64,000 bases of DNA from the NCBI RefSeq assembly GCF_009914755.1, contig NC_060938.1. One strand, given 5' to 3'. Every line of letters starts with the position of its first letter. Position 1 is the stretch's first letter. This DNA is from the human T2T-CHM13v2.0 reference genome, Homo sapiens. A program made the position numbers and the translations under genes. Below the pieces are notes generated by a model. That model did not search any database. It was not told the DNA's origin and saw nothing but the letters and a program-made list of their open reading frames with translations. This document shows, piece by piece, positions 1 through 17,749 of this stretch.

Positions 1-1040
1 TGGCAACAAAAGCCGAAATTGACAAATGGGATCTAATTAAACTAAAGAGCTTCCGCACAGCAAGGGAAACTACCATCAGAGTGAACAGGCAACCTACAGA
101 ATGGGAGAAAATTTTTGCAATCTACTCATCTGACAAAAGGGCTAATATCCAGAATCTACAATGAACTCAAACAAATTTACAAGAAAAAAACAAACAACAC
201 CATCAACAAGTGGGCAAATGATATGAATAGACACTTCTCAAAAGAAGACATTTATGCACCCAAAAAACACATGAAAAAATGCTCATCATCACTGGCCATC
301 AGAGAAATGCAAATCAAAACCACAATGAGATACCATCTCACACCAGTTAGAATGGCGATCATTAAAAAGTCAGGAAACAACAGGTGCTGGAGAGGATGTG
401 GAGAAATAGGAACACTTTTACACTGTTGGTGGGACTGTAAACTAGTTCAACCATTGTGGAAGTCAGTGTGGCGATTCCTCAGGGATCTAGAACTAGAAAT
501 ACCATTTGACCCAGCCATCCCATTACTGGGTATATACCCAAGGGATTATAAATCATGCTGCTATAAAGACACATGCACATGTATGTTTATTGTGGCACCA
601 TTCACAATAGCAAAGACTTGGAACCAAGCCAAATGTCCAACAATGATAGACTGGATTAAGAAAATGTGGCACATATACACCATGGAATACTATGCAGCCA
701 TAAAAAATGATGAGTTCATGTCCTTTGTAGGGACATGGATGAAGCCAGAAACCATCATTCTCAGCAAACTGTCACAAGGACAAAAAACCAAACACCACAT
801 GTTCTCACTCATGGGTGGGAATTGAACAATGAGAACACAAGGACACAGGAATAGGAACATCACACACCCGGGCCTCTTGTGGGGTGGGGGGAGGGGGGAA
901 GGATAGCATTAGGAGATACACCTAATGTTAAATGACGAGTTGATGGGTGCAGCACACCAACATGGCATATGTATACCTATGTAACTAACGTGCACGTTGT
1001 GCACATGTACCCTAAAACTTAAAGTATAATTAAAAAAAAA
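1..1040 (+). mobile_element. L1 (L1PA-type) 3' end: ORF2 C-terminus, 3' UTR, poly(A)
   Basis: ORF 115-825 is the L1 ORF2p C-terminus with the CCHC knuckle ([18 protein letters not shown]); G-rich 3' UTR at ~880-900; ends aaagtataat-A tail at ~1021-1041. 5' part lies outside the window. Confidence 0.97.
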
Positions 1041-2203
1041 AGACTTAAACGTAAGACCTAAAACCATAAAAACCCTAAAAGAAAACTGAGGCCATACCAT
1101 TCAGGAGATAAATATGGGCAAAGATTTCATGACAAAAACACCAAAAGCAATGGCAACAAAAGCCAAAATAGATAAATGGGACCTAATTAAAGAGCTTCGG
1201 TGCAGCAAAAGAATCTCATCAGAGTGAACAGGCCATCTACAGATGGGAGAAAATTTTTGCAATCTATCCATCTGACAATGGGCTAATATCCAGACTAAAA
1301 ATACTTAAACAAATTTACAAGAAAAAAACAAACAACCCCATCAAAAAGTGAGCTAAGGATGTCAACAGACCCTTCTGAAAAGAAAACATTTCTGCAGCCA
1401 ACAAAAATGAAAAAAGCTCACCCTCACTGCTCATTAGAGAAATGCAAATCAAAACCACAGTGAGATACCATCTCACACCAGTTAGAATGGCAATCATTAA
1501 AATGTTAGGAAACAACAGATGCTGGAGAGGATGTGGAGAAGTAGGAAGGCTTTTAGACTGTTGGTGAGAGTGTAAATTAGTTCAACCACTGTGGAAGACA
1601 GTGTGGCCATTCCTCAAGGATCTAGAACCAGAAATACCATTTGACCCAGCAATCCCATTACTGGGTATATACCCAAAGGATTATAAATCATTCTACCATA
1701 AAGATACATGCACACATATGTTTATTGCAGCACTGTTCACAATACACAGACTTGGAACCAACCCAAATGCCCATCAATGATAGACTGGATAAAGAAAATG
1801 TGGCACATACATACCATGGAATACTATGCAGCCATAAAAAAGGATGCGTTCATGTCCTTTGCATGGACATGGATGAAACTGGAAACCATCATTCTCAACA
1901 AACTAACACAAAAACAGAAAACCAAACACTGCATGTTTTCACTAATAAGTAGGAGTAGAACAATGAGAACACATGGACACAGGGAGGGGAACATCACACA
2001 CCAGGGCCTGTCTGGAGCGTGGAGGGCTAGGGGAGAGATAGCATGAGAAAAAATACTTAATGTAGAGGATGGGTTGATGGGTGTGGCAAACCACCATGGC
2101 TCATTTATACCTATATAACAAACCTGCAAGTTCTGCACATGTATCTCAGAACTTAAAGTATAATAATTTAAAAAAAAGAAAAAAATTTAAAAGAAATAAA
2201 AAA
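1041..2203 (+). mobile_element. Older, degenerate L1PA 3' end (ORF2 remnant, 3' UTR, A tail)
   Basis: Restarts in ORF2 (agacttaaacgtaagacctaaaacc); frameshifted ORF2 fragments (ORF 1708-2046 [26 protein letters not shown]); A-rich tail 2170-2203. Confidence 0.95.
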
Positions 2204-2638
2204 GTAGGGGTTGGAGCATGGGAGAAAGAAAAGAAAAGCAATTTGAAGGACAGTATGTATAGTGTCATCTCATTTGTGAAACAATTTTTAAAAGAAAAAT
2301 GCATGTAAATGTATAAGAAACTGCTGGAAGGATACACAAAGCCAAGAGCTATATGAAGAAGGTAAAGGAACCATAAGGAAGAGTTACCTTTCAGTTTTCA
2401 CATAACTTTCTATCCCTTTTTAAAATAATAAGCATGTTATAATTTAATGAGTAGATGTGTTGATTTGAAAAACACACTGATCCTGAAAGTTAAAATTCCA
2501 ATTCAGAGAAAATTGATTTCTATGAAAAGTATCAATTCCCCAACAATGCGAGAAAAATGAAGTGTAACTATACAACACAAACAGTAATTGAGGTTGTCAT
2601 CATTCACTCTGATTTCACATATAGAATTTAAAACACCC

Positions 2639-2942
<304 letters not shown>

Positions 2943-2948
2943 TTAAAA

Positions 2949-3379
2949 TGCCGCGGTCCTTCATGGACTGAACAAAACAAGATGAATGTGGGAATAAAGA
3001 CAAAGGCAAAAGAGTATATTTGGAAGAAAGGATCAGGAGGCTCCTTGCTTCTAGTGAACAAGGGTGCTGAGCTTCTACAGCCCTTCGTATTTATTGAGTA
3101 AAGGAGATAGGGAGAAGGTGGTGGTTGTCAGTCAGCTGCTTGGCTTAGTGCAGGCTTGCATGACTGCATTCTTTGAACAGTAGTCTCCAGATGTTCCAGC
3201 AGATAACCTCAAGGAGCACAGCACCAGGGAGTGATTGCCCTCAGCAAACCTTCTGGCAGCAGGTGCAGAAGTGAGTTTGTACACGTTCTGCATTCATGAT
3301 AAACAGTTTGCTGTTTGATCATGCAGCCTTCAGTGGAATGCTGAGTTGGTCACAACCCTCAGGCCTTTGGCTCCCTACA
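2949..3379 (-). mobile_element. Solo ERV LTR, probably LTR3 / HERV-K(HML-6) type
   Basis: 431 bp with TG...CA ends and a perfect 6-bp TSD ttaaaa (2943-2948, 3380-3385); a 6-bp TSD fits class II ERVs. Family name is from memory of the minus-strand start tgtagggagccaaaggcc. Confidence 0.75.
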
Positions 3380-3828
3380 TTAAAACACCCATTTCACCAG
3401 ATTGAAAATATTCAGTAAAATTTCTGAAAAGGACTTAACACTTGCCAGCACTTAGTAAGGAAGTGCTCAATAAATACTGTTAACACTGTTACTATTATTT
3501 CTCTGCCTGGCAGTTGTCCTAACCCCACACCAGACCTCCCACATTGCCTAATCCTGACTTGTGTCAGTGATGCATGACTCAGCAGTGAATCTGGGACAGC
3601 TATTGCAAAATGCAAGACTTAAATTCCACCCCAGGTGAATTCTCTTCTGGACCACAGGCAGGCCTTGAAAAGGATGGGAGTAGAGCCCTCAATCATGGAG
3701 GCATTTGTCCCTCAAGATAGGCAGATGTTACCACCTCCATACAAGAACAATCCCATTGCCTATTACAGTTCCCATTTCAAAGAGATACTCCCACATATGC
3801 ATGTATTTCCCTGAAGGATATCTTGTTC

Positions 3829-4291
<463 letters not shown>

Positions 4292-4873
4292 CAAGATTTC
4301 CTGCTCTTATCTCCAATAAGCCAGCTTGATGAGGAGTAGTGCTAGAGATTCCCACACTTCTTGACTTCCTTCTATCCTTTTCTGCTCACAGGCCCCCTCC
4401 CTAATGTCCCCTGTGCTCTCCGCAAAAGAAATAGGCTGGAGGCCAAATAGCAACCCTGCCCACACAAGGGAGGGCCATGTGATGTTCACCAAGCTCCCAA
4501 GCCACAATTCTCTTTTCCCAGAATCCTTTGCTCTTTGAAGTATAGTCTTGCTCACCTTCCTGCAACCCTCAGCCCCTCAGTGGCCGTGTCTACCTCTGAA
4601 GAGAAGGGGAAGAGAGATCAAACGCCCCCTGCAGGCCTGTCCGTTTGAACCAAGCCTTGAGAACCCCCACAGCCGTCCTCCTGTGTACCCCCACCCCAGC
4701 GCCACACACAGATGGAGAGCCCTGGTAAAGGTTCCCACAGTGCATTAGCTCCAAACAGTGCAAGAGGACAAGGAGTGTGGTGCTTCCAGCCTCTGTCAAT
4801 AGTTCATGAGGCTCAAACTAAGGAGCACCAGTCAGAGTCAGTTTTCCCTGGACATGGGGAAAATGATACTTAA

Positions 4874-5311
<438 letters not shown>

Positions 5312-6529
5312 CTGAATGTTGAAATCCTTTTTCAGCTGCTCAGCTGACCTGCACATACACTAAATGAATCTTGAGCAAACATGAATTCTATTCAAAAGTC
5401 ATGCCTAGAACTGGATTTTACAAACCAGGATTCTTTCCCCTCTAATTGTAGGGACTGGCATAAGGCTGCGAAACTGGTGATTTCACCAACAACACATCTC
5501 CAAACCTACCCATCTGCTTTCATCATCTTTTCTAAAAGAAAACACTAACACACAAAAAAAGAAGCAAACGTATACTCCACAATAAAGGACTGTTAAATAA
5601 GCTTAGCTTTATGAAACTCACTGTAATTGTTTCCTTTTCTCATTTTGCTTTGAACTAATGAAAACGCTGCCATGAACCAGCACTGCTTCTCAGTCTGGCT
5701 TAGGAGGCCAGTGGGTTAAACTAATTCAGATGCTTACATTTGGGTCTGTTGGGGCCTTTCTACAGTGTACCATAAGCCATCCATATTTATTCATTCTCCC
5801 GGAAACCCAGGAGGGAGATCATTTCAGCCCACTTGGCAGAAGTGGAGACTGAAGTCTTGGACACAGAATTTATAGCTGGCAAGGACTTTATTCATCATCT
5901 ACTCCATACCCTCAGTAATTTACAGATGAAGAGTCTGGCCCAGGGCACCAATAATAATCACTACATGGTGGCAGTAACTACTATGTGCTTAGTAGCTTAC
6001 AGTTCATAAAGAGATTTTGCATTCAACAAATATTTATTGAACTAGGATGGAGGCTAAGACCTGGGGACAGAGTGGTTAGGGAGAACTTGAGTGCCCCGAG
6101 TTCTTTGCATTTCCACCACTGCTTGAGGGACTGTCCAGCCTCCTCGCTACCACTTAGCCCCTGTAAAGGAGGAAGTCCCTTTGGCGAGGGATATGAGATC
6201 CTGTTTGGCCAATGATCATTGTCTGCAACATGGAGACCTTGGGCAGAGGGAAGGGCAGTGCCAGGCCTGGTGCAGCTACTCCCTATCACGTCTCTCTCCC
6301 AGGCTGCTCCAGCCTCACCTGGTGGACTCCATGGGGACCACAGGCCTCACCTCCATGGGCAGTCTCAAAACATTTGCCCTCCTGTGGGCTGTCACATACA
6401 TAGACCCAGACTTTCTTGGAGAAGGAATTCTGAAGAAGCAAAAGCAACCAACTCAAAACCCCCACTTCCCCAAGAAGAAAAGGTGGGCAAGCAGATGCAG
6501 AAAGGCAGCAGCCAAAGGCTGCGGGTTCC

Positions 6530-6960
6530 TGCGGGGGCCAGGGGAGGGGCGAGCCCTACAGGCAACTTGAACGGAGACCGCTTTGATCACCCGCCAGCCC
6601 GGGAAGGCAAGCCCCAGTCAGGCGGAAGGTAGCTGGCTGCGGGGCGGGGCGACTGGCGGGCGGCGGGCGGCGGGAGGCGCCAACCGCCACAGACGACTCC
6701 CAGCTGGCTGAGGGCGGGGAGGGAGCAGGCAGGGAAGCGGCCCGCCCTTCGTCCTGCCCCTTCGCCCTACTCTGTCACCTCGCTGGAAGGAGTGGAACCC
6801 AGACTTGCTGGTCTGATCCATGCACAAGGCGGGGCTACGAGGCCACTGTGCCCGGGCAGGGAAGTCGGTGCGGTTGGCCAGCTCCGGGATGACCCGCCGG
6901 GACCCGCTCACAAATAAGGTGGCCCTGGTAACGGCCTCCACCGACTGGTGAGTGTTGGTG
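6530..6960. promoter_or_regulatory. CpG-rich promoter of DHRS4L1 (copy of the DHRS4-type promoter)
   Basis: High CpG density and several GGGCGG GC boxes (6640-6720) directly upstream of the exon-1 ATG at 6820. Confidence 0.75.
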
Positions 6961-9491
6961 CCGGAGTTTCTGAGGCCCTGGCTGCCTGGAAACAGGCACT
7001 GGTGTCTCGTCCTTTGCCTCCAGTGCCCCTGTCCTCAGACCTCACATACCGCCAAAGTCTGGCCATGGAAAAGAAGTAGCCACGTGGTCCGCCCGAAGCC
7101 CCTCCGAATCCCCTGGCCCTGGACCCTCCCTTGCCTGCCTTCGTGTCCCTGCTGCCTCTGGCACAACTGTGCCTCCTCTGTGCAGCCCCATCGATCTAGT
7201 CCCCCCAGTGTTCTGGGCTGCCCCCGTCAACCAGCACCACCTAGCGTCCGGGAAGACCAGAAACTAGAAATCCAAGGGAATCTGGATTTCAAAATCATAT
7301 CCCAAGGCCTCCAGCACTTTGAAAATGTACCAGACATTCTATTTGGGCACCGGAAAGTCTCCCGGAACCCCTCCCCCTTACCTAGATGGGACACCAGAGC
7401 CAAGTGTCGAGATTTTTGTTTAGGTCGGTACATCTGGGCCGACCTTCGCCAGCCTGTTTCTCACCCACCTCTCTTCTCAGTCCTGGTTCTCATTTCTACA
7501 GGACTTTGCTAGATGCCAACTCTTCACAAAACTAAAATACAAATGTAGGTAAAATGCTAATGGCTGACAAGTGCAAAATGTGTAACTCTTCCTCCCAAGG
7601 CAATATTTACATTTTTGACCGGAGACCATCTTTTCACATGCACCCCAAAAAATAATTAAGGATAGAATTTTCAGAATGATGTAGACTAGTAAGAAAGAAA
7701 CCTGGAGGCAGGGCTGTTCTGAGTGAGACCCTCAAATCACGGAAGTGGCTGCTGCTGCAAACCCAGCTCATTTCTCACCTCTCAGTCCCAAGAGGGGATG
7801 AAGCCTGTCACCCATGGTGGGAACTGTAGAAAGTGATGTCAGTTCTTGGGAACTGAGGCTGCAGTCCAAGATGATAATAAAAATAAGTAAAGGAACGCCA
7901 AAAATGGCTGTGCCATTAAGCCTGTTTTACACGTAGTAGAGACACATGGAGGTCATATAGAGAAAGAGCCAGAATTCAAAACCGGGCAGTCTAACTTCAG
8001 AGCCCATGCTGTCCATCTCTTCCCCTGCACAAGCCTTAGCAGTCTTTGTCTCTGCTCACAGGATCGGCTTCGCCGTCGCCCAGCGTCTGGCCCAAGACGG
8101 GGCCCACGTGGTAGTCAGCAGCCGGAAGCAGCAGAATGTGGACCAGGCAGTGGCCACGCTGCAGGGGGAGGGGCTGAGCATGACGGGCACTGTGTGCCAT
8201 GTGGGGAAGATGAAGGACTGGGAGCGGCTGGTGGCCACAGTGAGCTGCAGGGAAATGGGCACAGAGCCAGGAGGTGGAAAAGGGAGCCAGCCTGAGCCTC
8301 CTTCCCTGCTTTCCTGGACAGCATTGGTGAGATCCAACGCAGTGATGTTAACTAAAACATAACAGTGTGTTCTGCATACCCAACCAGCCCACCAGCACGT
8401 TTTTATTGTGTGCCTTTCTATTATGTCCATATATTAAAGTTGGAGAATAATCCCATCCCAATCAGAGAATGTTAAAACATTCTAATGCTTCAACCCTGCA
8501 TCATCCCTTGCATACCCCAAAGAAACCGCTGGTACTGGTTCTCCAGTAATTTTCAACCTAACTGGACAGATGAGAAGGGTAAATACAATCACAAAATAGA
8601 TGTTCCCACCCATGAGCTAATAAACATTCCCCTCTTCTTCAGCTTACAGAGTCAAGTCCCTGGGAACTTCAGGAAGCAGCCCACCATGTTTCAACCACTT
8701 ACTATGTGCCATTTCCTGTGTTCAGAGCCTTACACAGGTTATCTCTAGACCTGACAACAACCCAAGCAAGGCAAGGACTATTCTCTCGGTCTGCAGACGC
8801 TGGCTCAGATAGCTGGAGCAACTTCCCAAGGTCCCACAGCCAGTAAGGAAAGACCCAGACCTCCCAAGCTCCCTTCCTTTATTGGCTGCCTGTGGACTAC
8901 CAGGTACTGGACTTTAGTCTCAAAGAAAGTATGTAAGTCAGTGTCACAGTTAGTAGTGGATACCAGCCTTCCAGCTGCCGAAGGAAATATGAACCATCCA
9001 GCAAAGCAAGCTCCTCTTCCCTTGAGGCTCAGGATACACACTTTATTTTCCAGAGTGGAAGGGAGAATCTACCCAAAAATGGAAAGTACAGGGTTGTGCT
9101 AACAGATTGGAAGGTTGGCAGAAATAATTTGCATAATCTTAGAAGAGGAGGATCTTAAGCAATAGTAGACAGTAGCATGGTAGACAGTATAGGGTAATTC
9201 CGTTTTTAAGGAACTGTCTGGCAAATGCTCAAATGTGCATTGGAAAGAGCCAAATGTGAGTCCTAGAAAGTCACCTTGCCTGGCCTAGGCTGGTGGACAG
9301 AGCCCAAGATTGGGGCCTTGATCCTGATGGTGGAAGGAGCCGTTTGGGAGTCTGGGTCAATTAGTGACTAACCATATCACATGTAAGTAGCAATGTAATG
9401 TGAAAACCCTGTTGGGAAAACATCCTGTGGCCCCCACCAGGTTCACTTAACATGGCCTACAGGCCTGGCCCAGAGGTGGTACTTGAGCTAA

Positions 9492-10004
<513 letters not shown>

Positions 10005-10654
10005 CATAGCTTCTTAAAAGGATACGTTAAGGACCTTAAAAGGATATAGCCTCTTAAAAGGATATGTTTACACACTCTTGTAGCAAATAAGAAGCCATGT
10101 GAGGTTTTGAGCAAGAGAAAGATGGTTATTAGGAAAGCTAATCTGGCTCTGGTAGGAAGGATATACAGAGGAGACACCAAATCCAGGGCATCAGTGAGGA
10201 AGCTGTTGCTGTCGTCCAGGTTTAGAGCAGTGGCGGTGGGACTGGAATAGATGTGCCCAAGAGACATTCAGTGGAAACGAACCAAGATTTTCCAACCCCA
10301 TGTCAAAAAGTGGGAAATAGAGAAGTCAAAAATGACTCTCAGGTAGTTTGTATGACCATTGTCAGAGAGGAGAATGATAGAATACTTGTCAGCAATTTGA
10401 AATGTCTTCTGCCAGTTGTCACATGTTACCCTGCAATGAGAAAAGCCACTGCCCTGAGAATGGATACTACCCAGTGGCCTCCTCATCTGCACACCACGAA
10501 GCTTCTCACTGGTGTTGTAAGTGGAAACCAGAGTAGCTGCCTATCTGCTTGATTATATTTTTTCTTAAAAATGTATAACTATCAGAACACAGAACAAACA
10601 GCTCCTAACCACTTTAGTGTAGTGATCACACAATTTAGAACACTTAGAAGACAT

Positions 10655-10948
10655 CTTTTTCTTTTCCCCCCAGAGACAGGGCCTCACTCTGTTGCCCAGG
10701 CTGGAGTGCAGTGGCATGATCATAGCTCACTGTAACCTCCAACTCTTGAGCTCAAGCAGTCCTCCCCCGTCAGCCTCCCAAGTGGCTAAGATTATAGGCA
10801 TGCACCACCACGCCAGTTCATCTTTTAAATTTGTTGTAGAGTTGGGGCTTTATTGCCCAGGCTGGTTTTGAACTCCTGGCCTCAAGCGGTCCTCCCTACT
10901 GGCCGTACCAAAGTGCTAGGATTATAGGTGTGAGCCACCACACCCAGC
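10655..10948 (-). mobile_element. Alu (AluJ-like)
   Basis: gatcatagctcactg and ctcaagcagtcctccc are AluJ-type segments. Confidence 0.88.
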
Positions 10949-12370
10949 CTCATTCATCTTTTATGGTTTGCTGTCTCTGTTCATTCAAAACCCAGCCTCC
11001 TCCCATCTCTGTGCTGACAGACCTGGAAGTAGAGGGGCATGGGGTATGCAGCAGAGTAGAAAATGTCTCCAGGTGATTCTGGAGCAATCCACTGTCTTCT
11101 CCCAGCCCAAACACACGTGCACTGAGCACAGCACACATCACTTATTAACTTATTCTGCACCTCCCTAGTAACAAGTACATTGGTGAGACTTACACAGAGC
11201 CAAGGCAGGTGACTTGGCTTTGTGCCAGGATACCAAAATTTAAAGGGTGCAAGAAAGTATTCATACTGGTTTTAAAAGAGTACATGACTTTAAATTTTGT
11301 TAGATTTACACGTTGACAGCCCAGGCATTTCTTCAACTGTGTTGAAGGTTAGCACCTAGTTAACAAGAATAATTAGTTAAAATGGGAAGCTAGCAGATGG
11401 TGTACATTGTTAATAACACCCCTCCGTGGGCCAAATCCGGAGCACAAAATTGACCAAGGGCCCATGTACTGCTACTTGCCCAAGGCATCAAAATTGCCAG
11501 TTCCAGGCAAATGCAAAGTCTGGTTTCAGGGTGGCTTTGTACTGAAAACCCTTGTTGGCAGATTCTGCTTGGCCATTCATTACTCTAGCACATGCCTCAC
11601 TACCTACTTATAACTTATTAAGGAGGTGAGATGTTGCCTTTCTTGGCTTTCTCAGTTTAAATTTCCCTTTCTGCCTTGAATCTTTCATGCCTCCAGGTCA
11701 AAAGAGAGAGACAGAGACAGGGAAAATGACATCATAACCAAATATGGAATTGCTTTAAATTCAGGCTGGTATCTTCTCCCATCATGGCTCTCCTGGGCAG
11801 CCGGTTTCCTAATGACCCCAGCTCACTTTCAGAGGGCTCTTACGAATTAGCTCTGTGCTACAAAGTGGGAGACTGACCTCAGTTCTTCCACCACTAACTA
11901 GCTTTATGCCCTGAACAAATCACTTTCCCCAACACGGAATAAGCAGGCCTCCTGTTCTTAGCTAGCCCCAGTGTGTTACTACTGAACTATATGATCTTGA
12001 GAAAATTCCCTGAACCTGTTTCATCATCTCCACCTTAAGGACATTGGAATAGATGATCTCAAAGGCCCCTCCAGGGTAACTTTCTACAGCTCTATTTAAG
12101 CCAGTTTTTCCATTCAGGTAAGTGTGGCCAGATTGACTTTGAAATAATGGTAACTTATTCAAGAAGAACTGGACAGTAAGCACTTGGAGAAATGTGGGTG
12201 GAACTCAGTGTGAAAGGAAGAGGAGGGGTCTGGAAATAGATTTTGGGGTGAGATTTGAAATCACGAGAATGAAGGAGCTCCCAAATGGGAAAATGTAAAG
12301 AAAAGAGCATAGGGTCAGAGACAGCCTTAGAAGAATAGGAGGTGGGAAGAAAACACTGCAAAAGAAATAA

Positions 12371-12660
12371 GGCCAACTTCCTGGTGGCTCACACCTGTAA
12401 CACTTTGAGAGGCCGAGGCAGGCGGATGGCTTTAGCTCAGGAGTTCCAGACCAGCCTGGGCAACATGGCAAGACCCTGTCTCTACAAAAAGTACAAAAAT
12501 TGCCCAGGTGTGATGGCACGCACCTGTATTCTCAGCTACTTGGGGGGCTGAGGCAGGAGGATGGCTTGAACCCAGTAGGTCAAGGCTGCAGTGAGCTGGG
12601 ATCATGCCACTGAACTCCAGCCTGGGTGACAGAGGAAGACTCCATCTAAAAAAAGAAAGA
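12371..12660 (+). mobile_element. Alu (AluJ-like)
   Basis: ggtggctcacacctgtaa...gaggcaggaggatggcttgaaccc...A tail. Confidence 0.88.
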
Positions 12661-12794
12661 AGCCAACCTTAAATGGTTAGCAGCAGATCTTAGGGTAGTT
12701 TTCAAAAAAGATGTTTTAAGAAATAGAAGTTATTTTGACGATAGTTCCTAAGAAGGAAGATTTGTTGTTGCTGTTGTTGTCATTGTTGTTGTTT

Positions 12795-12921
12795 TTTTAA
12801 ATATAGGGATAAGGTCTCCCTATGTTGCCCAGGCTTCTCTCAAACTGCTCAGTTCAAGTGGTCCTCCCACCGTGACCTCCCAAAGTGCCATGATTCCCGG
12901 CGTGAGCCACCACGCCCCGCC
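12795..12921 (-). mobile_element. Alu monomer (FLAM / left arm)
   Basis: tatgttgcccaggc...gcgtgagccaccacgccc, single arm only. Confidence 0.75.
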
Positions 12922-13752
12922 CAGAAGGAAGTTTTTATCAACGTGAATAAATGCACCTCCCTTACTTACTGCAGCCCTGGTCCAGACCTTACCCCTCTCC
13001 CTAGGCTATGAAGCTTCATGGAGTTATTGATATCCTATCACTATCGATAACAAACTCCGTCTGCTTTTAGAATGTGTTTATCAAGTGCAGTGTAAATGTG
13101 AGGAGTCTTTGCCACATGCCACACACCTGGAGCACACCTGGTAAAGGGCGGGTGGGGGCAGCTTCCTCTGTCCCTGCCCTTCTCATTCGTTTCTGCTGCT
13201 CCTACTTCTGTCTGCTTCCATCTGCCCTTCACTATCCACCGTCTGCTCCCCTCCCCAGCCTTCTTCCCGGCATGCTCTGCTACCTGGTTGATTTCCAACA
13301 GAGACGTGGCAGCTAATATGCCAACAACTATGACACTTAAACTTACACACCCAACTGTCCCCCTTTCAGCTGCCAAAAAGGAATCATTTTTCATTAGCTG
13401 GGAAATATTAAAAGCTGCTAGTTAAGTAAAATACTAATTCTGGTGAAATAACCAGTTGCCACTTTATAATATACATCCTTTAAAAAAGTAAAAATAAAAA
13501 CCTATATTATTTTCTTCCTAACTGCAATGTCAAGAAAATCTGAGATCCAGATGTCTATATTCAAGTGGTACAATATTGGGTTTTATGTGTAAGTATATAA
13601 TTACATTACATTCGTAATATATTTCACACACATTCTTTAATTACAAAGCTTTAATTAAAATATTTGTCTTTGTATACTAAGGTTAATAGTCCCACGATTT
13701 GGAAATGCTAATTTTTTATGATCTCCCATGGTTTTGCTTTTTACTCTGATGT

Positions 13753-14470
<718 letters not shown>

Positions 14471-14601
14471 GATGTCATCAAACATTTCTCAACACTAAAG
14501 TATCAGGATGTGAAAACACTATGATTTATTTACCAGTGTTTCATACACATAAAGACCAAAGTGCCAAAATGTTCTTCAGTGAGCTAGTTTTTTATTGTTA
14601 A

Positions 14602-17278
<2,677 letters not shown>

Positions 17279-17545
17279 TAACTTTTCTTTTAGTTTATAT
17301 ATTATTTTAAATATCACAGTACATCAAATCCAAACATAATAGCTGATCCTTGATTGAACTCTGGACTTTAAAAAAAAAAAACCACATTTCGGGGACAATT
17401 GAGGCCAATATATTAGATAAAATTATCATCAATGTCAAACTTCTTGGGTGTGATAATGGATTATGGTTGTGTAAAAGAACATCCTTACTCTTTGGGAATG
17501 TATGCTAAGTATTTAGGGATAGAGCATTCTAATATCTGCAACTAA

Positions 17546-17749
17546 GTTTATTTATTTTAATTTTTTTTATTTATTTTTTGAAATGGAGTCTCGCTTTATT
17601 GCCCAGGCTGGAGTGCAGTGTTGCGATCTTGGCTCACTGCAACCTCCACCTCCCGGGTTCAAGCTATTCTCCTGTCCCATCCTCCTGAGTAGCTGGGATT
17701 ACAGAAACATGCCACCACGTCTGGCTAATTTTTGTATTTTTAGTAGAGA
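17546..17749 (-). mobile_element. Partial Alu (right arm) within an old L1M-like segment
   Basis: gagtctcgctttattgcccaggctggagtgcag...tttttagtagaga, then truncated. Confidence 0.8.

Noticed and set aside
115-825. Open L1 ORF2 segment as a sign of an active L1
   Set aside because: Only the 3' end is visible and it looks diverged from the youngest L1s; activity cannot be inferred.
6181-6632. 129-aa and 137-aa ORFs upstream of DHRS4L1
   Set aside because: No recognisable homology; overlapping ORFs in several frames suggest chance in GC-rich promoter DNA.
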